Position numbers and translations under genes: made by a program
The notes under the pieces: generated by a model
What the model saw: only the letters and a program-made list of their open reading frames with translations
What the model was told of the DNA's origin: nothing
Databases searched by the model: none
Shown here: positions 1 to 11,520 of the stretch, piece after piece
Position numbering within the stretch: the first letter of the stretch is position 1
Layout of the letters: each line of letters begins with the position of its first letter
Source: Octopus vulgaris
Lineage: Eukaryota
Direction: 5' to 3'
DNA: 64,000 nt
NCBI GenBank assembly: GCA_951406725.2
Contig: OX597824.1
Span: forward strand, 36,456,001-36,520,000

Positions 1-138
1 TGTATATTCACCACAGAAAGTTTGAAAGGCAGAATAAAGTATCAATAGAATGGCCTATAGATTTAGAACATGGAAAATCTGTAAAGTTATGAATTTTGCT
101 TGCTTCACACTGCACTAAATGTTTGGATTTTAGATTAA

Positions 139-359
139 CCCTTTCGTTACTGTATTTATTTTGAGATGCTCTGTGTTTCTTTCAAATATTTTAAGTATAA
201 CAAAGTATTTAGTAAAATAACTTAGTTATAATTAAGCTAGTGTTAGGAACATAAATTGTGACTAAGGTTTGGTGGAAGATTTTAAATCAGAACTTTTAAA
301 AACAAGACATTTGTACTACAAAGCCAGAGCTGGTTTCAGCCAGGTTGGTAACAAAAGGG
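139..359 (+). mobile_element. piggyBac-type MITE family 1
   Basis: TTAA TSD, ccctt...aaggg termini; copies at 13084-13304 (-), 43711-43918 and 50560-50781. Confidence 0.8.
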
Positions 360-447
360 TTAAAATGTGATATAAGAGTGTCTGGGGGAGAAAAGGAATA
401 ACCAGTCTGATTTGTTAATAAAGCTTGTCAAGTTTCATTATACTTAC

Positions 448-531
448 AAAGGACTTCAGCTCTAGAAAGTGAATGCCATGCTGATGCACTGCTAAAAGCA
501 ATGTCTTTGGTAAACTTGATGTATAAGATTG
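448..531 (-). CDS. Exon 20 (FERM #2 F3 start): [28 protein letters not shown]
   Basis: cttctag| acceptor, |gtaagt donor, 84 nt; L-A-V-x-x-x-G-I F3 motif; the gene continues left of the window. Confidence 0.9.
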
Positions 532-3500
532 CTAGAAGAAAAGAAAAATATTCCAGTTAGAAGAAATGAAGAATATAAATGAAAATAATGGCTGGTTGTG
601 ATGTGTTGTATTGAGTGGTGTGCCATATAAAGCAGTGTGCCACATAGAGAGTATGAGTGTCATATACTCTTTGACATGTGAAACAAAATGTGATTATGTT
701 GACAAAGTAAACTTCAGTTTGCTTGCTTTAGCAACAACTTTGTTGTTCTGTCACAGATATTTAATGTCAATTACACTGATTTAAATTCTGCAATCACAGC
801 AGATTGAAACATTTGTGTAATACATCATCATCATCATCATGACAACAACAGTGGTGGTGGCAGCGACGATGACGACGATGAGGACAATGATGATGATGCA
901 TGATATAGGGACCAGTAGAGTGATATTAGAATGGTCAGTGATAATCTGCATTGGTATGAACTTTTTAGAGAATATGAAAAAAAGAGCTATTGGTACATCA
1001 TGAGAAATAGAGACTAACACTTTTAAGGATAAAATAGGACAAAAGTATTGAGGAAGAATCCGTTCTTTTCATCATCTACGTCTTTCAGTTAGATGGACAT
1101 CAACCACAAAGACCTCCAGTTGCACAGCCCTCTAAATTTCTGACTCCAATTTTTCCAACCTAAACAACTGCTTGACTATCATTTGTTTTTAAATTAAGGA
1201 CAACTGTCTCATTCATTGTGACTTCTTTGTTCATGATTCCTCTAATCCCTTGTTACTCAATGAACACTACTTGCACAAAAACCCTTTTTTTTTTGTTATT
1301 CTTAAATCTCTGCTTTGTACAAGATATACACAGCAGTGATGTTACAATAAATAAATAAAGCAGTGGTATATGAATGTCAGTAGAGGCCAAAATATAAAAT
1401 GTAAAATGATTTCAAAAATAGAAATATTACATTTCTAAATATCTCAGAGATATATAAGCAGTAGTGGTACGATGTATACTGTCAACTTAATGTGACAGTC
1501 TCATGAAGGGAATCACACCACTGCTATTTAGCCCTAGGAAGCATCAACGCTGCCTATTGGCCTTGACACATTTCCTGTGTCCTTATGTTTACAAGGGGGA
1601 GACAAGCACCCCCATCCAGCTAAGCCTGCACCCAGAGACTAGTTTCTGAGTCTTGCTCGTCATCAGTCTGGAGTAGCATAGCCTGCTAGTTGGAGATGCT
1701 TGTCTAGGCCTTGTAAACATATAAGAATTCCAGTGAAATAAACCCACATATCAACAAGAAGGTAATGCCACTGTATTGTAATATTATGTAAGGTACAATA
1801 CTTAGCAAATTATTTTGTTTAATATAGGATATTTTATCTATTGATTTGATCGGGAAGATGGGAGTACAGCCATGGTCAAGGACTGGTGAGATCATGTGGT
1901 TTGATGTTCCTGTTGATTGCTTCTAAGTTGTTGGTTACAGGAAAATCATGAACTGAGAAGATATTCCAGAGAATCAACAGTCTGGGGATGAAAGACTTGA
2001 CAATGTAAGGCACGAGATGGGCACAGTATGGATGACAAGAAAGTAAAACTAGTAGTGAGTCAGGAATATCTAAGTAGAAATGATACAGAGGGAAAGGAAA
2101 CAGTATATCTGTGGGCCAGAATATGGAATGTGCTGGTATGTGACATTATACCAATTAATTGAGAGATCCCTTTTTGTTTGTAGCAGCAGAATTCTGTTAT
2201 AGGTTTCACTTGAATTTAGTACAGTGTTAGTGATTATTGAGAACTGAAGTAACTTCTGGTACTGAAGAGGAAGGTTAGTCTTTGATATATTTGTTTCAAG
2301 TTTTGGCACAAGGCCAGTAAGTTCAGGCGGGGGGGGGGAGTCGATTACAATGACCCCAGTACTTAACTGGTATTTATTTCATCGACCCTGAAAGGATGTA
2401 AGGTAAAGTCAACCTCAGAAGAACTTGAACTCAGAACATTAAAACAGATGAAAGGCCACTAAGCATTTTGCCTGGTATGCTAATGATTCAGCTAGTTCAC
2501 TACCTTAATGTCTTTGTTGCATTAAGGATGTGTACCAACCAAGAGAGTGCATTCATGATAGTGAGGCCTTATGTTTGTAGTGACCTCAAAGATTTTAGTT
2601 GTATGCCATTGATATTTAGAGGAAGAGTACAATACCATTGTCTTGAAATTTACAGTGACTGTCTTTGAGGTGTTGATGGAGAAATGTGTGGTATAACCAC
2701 ATGAAAGAACGGTTTCCTTATTTTCTATTCTTAGAACCTGTGCAGGTTTGATATGTGGTGTTGACATTGAATATTAGCAATACAAAGATAGCAGTAAAAG
2801 GTAAACAACAGGTTAGTTATGAAGAGTGTCAGGAGTGATAAGGCAATATAAGTATGTCATCAATGCTATTATATCAGTGATAGTGTTGATGTTTGTATTA
2901 TGTTAGTGGTATCAGTGGAATATCATTGATGTTATGTCTGTAGCAAAATGTCAGTGTGATATGTCATTATAACAATCAGAAATACTTACAGACACTTCAA
3001 AAACAGTTGAGCCAAAAAGGGGCCAAACCTTCAACAATTGTATAAAGGACATGATAGCTTGTTGAGGTGAGACATCATTTAGCATTTTATAAGCTGCTTG
3101 GATTTCTTCTACTTTTACCTGAGGCCGCATATCACGAGGTAGAATCCGCATTACAGAACTAGAGAAAAAAAGAGAATATTTTGACTGATTTAGTTCTACA
3201 GTTGGTAGTAAAAATCCGAAAACTTTCTTTGCTCAACTAACAAGACATTTAGACAAAGTAGAATTATGATTGAATGATCTGATAAACATGAATACAATTT
3301 AAGCTTAGATAAGCCTTTAGCATTTAAACTGGCAATATACAACCCAAATATTCTACCAGTTTTAAATTCAAACTGGCCTCTCACACCTACTCTACAATGT
3401 CATCCCCAAAATAAACAATCATGTCATTGAAATCTTGAAGATGTGAGATAATAAATGGTTTACATTTGACAGAATAATCTGAATGCTAAAGAATTTAAAT

Positions 3501-5537
3501 AATGCAACAAGTATGCAATAAATACAATGTTTATGACATTTTGGTGCTGGACGACTGTCTATGTGGCTGTAAGTTCCAACTACTATAGCCATTGTATGGT
3601 GCTACTCAGAGAAGCACAGTTGCTTGTCTGAAAAGAAACATTGTTATTTGGCAGTTAAGTGGTTAGTCATAGTCATAAAATCAACACAAAACAAAAAACA
3701 AAAAAATACAGTATATATATTTTATGAGCTACTAGTAGTTTCATGCAATGAAAACTACTCAGACAACATTTTATAATATGTCTGGTGCCTTCATGCAATC
3801 TTCAGGCTGTGCTCACATTGTTGATCTTATCTTCACAGAACAGTACACTCTGTGTGTGTGTGTATGTGTGTGTGTGTGTGTGTGTGCATGTGCGTGTGTT
3901 GATAATAATAATTGCAGTGATGATGCTCAGACACCAAAATAATCCAAAATGATATGGCATATGCTGTAAGGCAGTCTCTAAAAAGATATGAGCCAATGAG
4001 ATGGCTTCTATGTAAAGCATTGTCACAGTCTCTATATTAGACAATGAGACAGCCATTGTGAGCAAATGAGGCAACCTCTGTGCATCTGCTTGATTTTCAA
4101 GAAATAGCAGGTGTATCATCCCAAGTCTTATCTACCATTTTAGTTTAAGATAAATGATGAATGAATAAAAGAAAGGACAGTTATGATGCAAATTCTTTTG
4201 ATGATAAGTTGATTGGGATTAAACGACAATGTTAAACTTTAGGAAAAGAGAGAAAGGATAAGTTTTAAATTTATAAAAACACTAAAACTAAAATATTTAC
4301 CTATAATCAGTCTCCCCTCTCTTGATGTCTTCATTCTCAGATTGCAGTTTTAAAGCACAAAGTCGGACCTATGGAGTAAAAAGAAATGGTGAAGGTATTA
4401 TCTTTCAAAGTAGTCATGTCAAGCAAAATCTAGTTCTTTTTTTTTTGTTTTTTCTTTAATAAAGGTTCCAAGCTAAATTTAGCAAAAGTAGGCTTTTTCC
4501 AGTATGTTACTGATATTTTTTTTATTGTGGCGGCGCAATAGCCCAGTGGTTAGGGCAGCAGACTTGCGTTAGGAGGATCATGGTTTCGATTCCCAGACCG
4601 GGCATTGCGTGTGTTTATTGAGAGAAAACACCTAAAAGCTCCACAAGGCTCCGGCAGGGGGTGGTTGCGACCCCTGTTGTATTCTTTCGCCACAACTTTC
4701 TCTCACTCTCTCTTCCTGTTTCTTGGGTAATGCTGCGATGGACTGGCATCCCATCCAGCTGGGGGGAACACATATGCCACAGAAACCAGGAAACCAGGCC
4801 CATGAGCCTAGCTAGGCTTGAAAAGGGTGACGTTTACATTTATTGACTTCTTTTATTGGGCTACATAATGATGAAAATTCAAGTCAAAGTGCAGTGGAAA
4901 TTGGGGACTGTTCAGTTCAACTGTATCTACAAACTCAGTACCATCTATTTAACTGTAATAACTGTGACTAAACAGCATTACCGATACACAACTTGGTTTC
5001 ATTCTTGGCATTTGATGGGTTGGCAATAAAAGGTAGACTGGCAGCAGGAAGTCAATAGGAAGATTTGCAAGAGGTATTTGGTTTGCGTCTTTTATGCTTT
5101 GAATTCAAATTCTGTTGGGATCACTTGTGCCTTGTCTCAACCAGAATTACGAATTTGCCAAGTACTGGTATTCTTTAATATTTCTAAAATGCAAGTAGCT
5201 AACTTCCTTTATGCATAATGCAGGGATATTTCGAAAATGGTATTAAAAAAGAAAGATCCATAAATAGTGTTGAGTACAAGACAGTACTTACTGCATCTTG
5301 TGAAGAAATAGGAATTCTTTGTTCAAATACATCTTCTACAAGTTGGTGGAAAACTAGATCACATTCCACAGCATCATTGATATTTGTATAGGGATCAATA
5401 AACAATCTTTTCTGAAAGAAAGAACAACAAAATTCATCAGCAGAAATCTATAATAATAATAATGATGATAATAACAACAACAATAACTGAATCAGTTAGT
5501 ATATCTCACACATACATACACATATACATATGTGCAT

Positions 5538-5575
<38 letters not shown>

Positions 5576-5695
5576 TATAAACCTCAGTGTTCTGTCTGCT
5601 TTCATTGCATTTTATCAGTCAATATAGTTATCACTCTTTGTCATCTGTCTGGCAACTTGTTTACTCTTCCTCCACTTTTAAGTGTGCATGTAATC

Positions 5696-5728
<33 letters not shown>

Positions 5729-8700
5729 TGATATGTGACAATTATTCGGTTGCTATAATAAAACTCCGAGTCTCATATGTCAGGACAGAAATCTGCTCTG
5801 GCATGTCATCAGTTATTAAGACAAACAAAAATGCTATGAAAATGATCATTAAACAAAGGGAAATTACTATGTAAATGACCGTTATTAAGACAAACAAAAG
5901 AGCTATTAGAATGACCACTAAATATTTTTAAACTATAATCGCACACAACACACAAAAACAACAAAATGAAACCAGCTGTTCATGCACCAATAAAAATTTG
6001 TGCCCTCTAAATGGAGCTTGCATGTCCGAGACCATCATTTATGAAGCCATCATACATTCTAGAAGCACTAAGGACATAGTTTCATCAAAGAAATATGTAG
6101 GTCTCACAGAGGGGAATTTTAAAGCCAGGTTCAACAATCACACTTTGAGCTTCAGATACTGGGATAAAAGAAAAACAACCAAATTATCCAGTCATATATG
6201 GTCCTTAAAAGAAAAAGGTGTCAATTACAACATCCATTGGAAGATCCTAGCCAAATGTAAGCCTTACACCAATGGCAGTGGAAAGTGTGGTCTTTGCAAT
6301 ATGGAAAGATGGCTCATCTGGAGAAGCAGCTTAGACCCTGCTATATGTCTAAATTCAAGAACTGAACTTTTTAGATCATGTCCATATATGGCTAAATATT
6401 TGTTATGTTGCTGGTCCCCACAAGATCACAGATAGAACCTGCTTTTCATATTGTGTTCACGTACAAGCATTTTATTTCTATATATATATATTTTTTTTAT
6501 ATATATTTTTTGCTATGATGTTGTTGGTATAACATGTTCTTTGTCTATCTCCTTAACTTCTTGGAGATTTTAGGTAAAATTATACTAATGTGTCCTTTTG
6601 TTCTAATCTAATTAAATTCTATGTCTTTGTGCAGCTGAAGATTGCTCTACATTTTAAATTGATGTAATGAAATGATTGCATTGTTCAATTAAATGGTGCT
6701 GCATGAAACGATTGTACTGCATTACCTCTGGATATCCTTGTTGCTTATTTTGATTTTAATCACGTTATTTTGAAATGATATATATATATATTACATCATT
6801 AGTGCATTGGATAAAATACCTTATGGTATTCACTCTAGCCCTCTGCACTCTGAGTTCAAATCAAGCTAAGTGCAATTTGTCTTTTATTTCTTCAGGTTCA
6901 ATAAAGTACAAATCAATACATATATGTCTGTCTGTCTGTCTGTCTCTTTCTCTCTCTCTCTTTATCTATCTGTCTGTCTGTCTGTCTATCTATGTGGAAG
7001 AAATTGCTGTAGTTAGATCTGGTGAGAAATGGCCTTCACTAAATTCAGATGCCTGAAACATGTGGTGTGTCATAACCATAGTTGTCTTAAGGTAGGTGCC
7101 AGGGGTGCTGCACTTAGAACTAGGAAACCCAGAATTAAAACAAATTAGTTATATGTTGGTGAGAAGAAGGATAGGGGACCTTTTCAGAACAGCATCTGGG
7201 CCCTAAACAATAACATTATATAGTTGTATACAAATAATAAAAATGTCGTTTTACTAATATGTGAAGTTTTTCTTTTCTTTTTTTTTTTCAATATAAATCT
7301 TTATTTTCATGAAACAATATTGTTTATGCCACTCATAAAACAGTGAGCAATGTGCTAGCACATATATAATTTTTTTAAAGAATTTTTAACAATACTCATC
7401 TAAAATTTCAATGTATTCTAAAGCAAAACAGTTGTGGTAAATGTAGGTCAAGGATGAATTAAAAATAGACAAATGACTTCTATGATATGACCTTTAAGTG
7501 TTATGAATCTGAATATCTTAAGATATTTGTGAATACACACATAACACTACACACACTTTATTGCTACAACTGTAAGCAAAATAGAGCTTTACTTGCATTT
7601 AAGATAATGCATTAAGAAAAATGCTTTTCAAAAATTACCAACCTTGAACACTAATTTGGGATCTCTGCTAGCACTAGTTTTGATAAGTCGTTCCCATTTA
7701 CTGACAGTGTCTGAAAGTCGCTCCTCTGAAGACATATTTCGTTCTGGAAAGATAACAAATGTTACATAACAGTTAATAGACATCTCATTAGGTTTTGCCC
7801 ATGAAATTATTTAAATTCAACACCATGCTATAACAGAATACTTATTAATTATACACTCTATTGGCTGTTTAAATCTGTGGATATATATTTATAGGTAAGT
7901 GGATATGATTGACAAGATAAAGTGTCTCAGACAATGTCACAGTAGAAATGGTAACAGGATATAAACTATTATAGTTTAATTTTATTTGATTCTACTTTTC
8001 ACTATATTAATTATTTGGCAAGTAGAATAGTTAACAAGCAAGCACTCAGCCAGTTGTGGCTGTAGTTTTATTAAATTTAACATTCTAAAATATCAATACT
8101 GGTCTTGTTTTATGTATTTTGTTATACTATTTTGATTGAATGTGGAGGCACATGGCTTAGTGGTTAGGGTGTCAGCATCATGATCATAAGATTGTGGTTT
8201 CGATTCCTGGACCAGGTGATGCATTGTGTTCTTGAGCAAAACACTTCATTTCACGTTGCTCCAGTCCACTCAGCTGTCAAAAATGAGTAATGCTGTGATG
8301 GACTGGTGTTCCGTCCAGCTGGGGAACACATGACATTGAAACTGGAAAACCAGGCCCATGAGCCTGGCTAGGCTTTAAAAGGGCACATTTATAGGAGGCA
8401 CAATGGCCCAGTGGATAGGGCAGTAGACTCGCAGTCAGAGGATTGCAGTTTGATTCCCAGACCGGGCGTTGTGTATGTTTATTGAGCGAAAACACCTAAG
8501 AGCTCCATGAGGCTCCGGCAGGGGGTGGTGACGACCAGTTGAACTCTTTTGCCACAACTTTCTCTCACTCTCTCTTCCTGTTTCTTGAGTAACACTACAA
8601 TGGACTGGTGTCCCGTCCAGCTGGGGAGAACACATACGCCACAGAAACCAGGCCCATGAGACTGGCTAGGCTTGAAAAGGCCGATGTTTATCATCTTTTG

Positions 8701-11488
8701 ATTGAATACTTCCATGCATTAATAAGGTCTATCACAAAGCCTTCCTGTCACATGAACTGTCACAAAGTTTCCATGTCACAGGGTCTGTCACAAAGCTACT
8801 CTCTTACAAGGTCTGTCACAAAGCTTCCATATCATATGGTCTGTCACACATCTTCCAAGTCACATGGTGCCACAGAGCTCCCATTTCACATGAACTGTCA
8901 CAAAGTTACTGTGTCACATGGACTGTCACACAGCTTCCCTGTTACATGGTCTGTCAAACAGCTTTCCTGTCACAGGATCTACCACACAGCTTCCAAGTTA
9001 CTGTCTGTTACAAAGATTCCATATCAAAGGATCTGTCACACATCTTCCCTATGACATAGTGTCACAAAGTTTTCATATCACACGGTCTGTCACTTGGTGT
9101 CACAAATCTTCCATGTAACACAGTCTACCACAAAGCTTCCCTGTCACAAGATCTATCACACAACTTTCTTGTAACACGATCTATTGCAGTTTCGTTGTCA
9201 CTGGGTCTGTCAGAAAGCTTCCCTGTCACATGGCCTATCATACAGTGTTCATGTCACAGGGTCAGTCACAAAGATTCCCTGTCACACAGCTTCCATGTCA
9301 CATGATCTATATAAAGTGAAAAAGGCTATAAGAACCAGTTAGCTCAATTTTTCCTACAAGAATCCAAAAACAAAAAGTCTGGGGATGTTTATGAAATATT
9401 TCTTCAACATTTCATGAGACTACGAACAGATACTAACCTTACAGAAGAGAAATAAAACAAAATAGTAATCTAAAAGAAGCTAATATAAAAAGAGATAAGA
9501 TGATACTGCTGCTGTTATTGATGATGATGACGATTGTGAGAAATTTACTCTGAAGAGTATATGAATTATCAATGAATAGGTGCAGGCATGGCTGTGTGGT
9601 AAGAAGGTTGCTTCTCAACCGCATGGTTCTGGGTTCAGTCCCACTGCATGGCACCTTGGGCAAGTGTCTTCTACTATATCCTTGAGCTCACCAAAGCCTT
9701 GTGGGTGGATTTCATAGACAGTAACTGAAAGAAGCCCATCATGTGTGTGTGTGTGTGTGACTTTGTGTCTGTGTTTGTCCCCCACCACCACTTGATAACC
9801 GGTGTTGGTGTGTTTGCATTCCTGTAACTTAGAACTTACAGGAGACAGACAGAATAAGTGCCAGGCTTAAGAAAAAGAAAAAGTACTGAGGTCGATTCAT
9901 TCAACTAAAAATTCTTCAAGATAGTGCCCCAGCATGGCCGCAGTCTCACAACTGAAACAAGTAATATATAAAAGATAAAAATCTATGTGTGTAGAGAGAC
10001 ACACAAGACTGCTTACCTGTTGTGCCAATATATTCATAAAGAGCAAAACATTCAGCATCAGACCGCATACCAATCTTAGCTTTAACTGTTTTAATTATCT
10101 GTAAATAAATATAAATGATAATATAATTATCTGTAAATAATTATAAATAATAATAATTAGCAGAATTCTGCTTTAAGCATCCCATATAACCCCTCATATC
10201 TTCTTTTATTTTGAGGAATTTTCAGAAAATTTTAGTAAATTTGTATTCTTCATATAGCTACAAAAAAAATTTCTTTTTAAATTTAGAAAAATTTTTTAAA
10301 ACTTTTTTTAATTTTGAATTTTCTTTTTTAAAATCACAGCGTAAAAATTGTACAGTCCAAATTTTTTGCTTCAATTCTAACAATAGACTATTAAATGTAG
10401 AATGCGTTTATGGGGAGAAGCAGAATTACGCCTAATAATTGATGTTTAAAATTTTAAAGATATTACGGAGATGTACTTTAAGACCACGACCTGTTCACTG
10501 ACAAAAATCCCACGGATTTTTGTCAATGAACAGGTCGCGGTCTTAAAGCGACGAAAATATTTTGACAAATTAAACTTAAATGTTGAAGTGAATCGAACGG
10601 CTTTTGTGTGTTTCTTCAATGGCTTACAAACACCTTCCACGCTGCAATTATTTTAAAGATAATTCTCTGTAAATAAAGAATTCTGAAGTTTCCAGTCTTG
10701 AAATATTTATGAAGAAAGATTAAAATTAAAACCAATACAAATAATTTACAAACCTGCACCTGATAAAGACAATGACAGAGGCTATATTAGCCCATAGCAC
10801 AAAGACAAACATGTAGCTGTATGCAAGGTTGTATCACAAGGTGAATACACTAGACAAGAATTATAGAGAGAAACAACATTAAGAACTAAGTAAGAAAAAC
10901 GAATTTTCTCTTTCAGTTTCTCTCAACCATTCCTTTGTATGAAAAAATCCCCAAAATACTGATTAATTTCAACTCTTAAATGACTTTAGATGCAATAGTT
11001 TAAAGATATAAGAAAAAAAAAAAGCAACTTCAACTCTTTAGCATTTAAACTGGCCATACCTGGCTAAAATATTCTGTTTCTCACACCTACCCTACAATGT
11101 CATTTTAAAAATAAACAGTTACATCATTGAAATCTCAAAGCTACAAGATAATGCAAGATTAATTCGAAACAATGTGAATAAATAATGATTACATTTGACA
11201 GAATAGTCTGCATACTAAATTAATCTGTGCAGGTGAAGCTGAAATGAGACCATACATGGATATTCTGGTAATAATAGAGACTTGTGATAAAACATGGATG
11301 CTCTTCTCATTCCTTTCCTTTCACTGGGAGAGAAAAAAAACAACTTTCCAACAAGGCACAAGTATGGCTGTGTGGTAAAAAGCTTGTTTCCCAACCACAT
11401 GGTTCTGAGTTTAGTCCTATAGCATAGCAACTTGAACCGACCAAAGCTTTATGAGTGGATTTCGTAGACAGAAACTGAAAGAAGAGTC

Positions 11489-11520
<32 letters not shown>

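Noticed and set aside
4529-4600. tRNA-like sequences at SINE heads
   Set aside because: A/B boxes are present but there is no full cloverleaf, and they continue into multi-copy SINE bodies
8608-9118. Ser/His/Cys-rich ORFs
   Set aside because: Derived from the 28-bp minisatellite and the adjacent SINE
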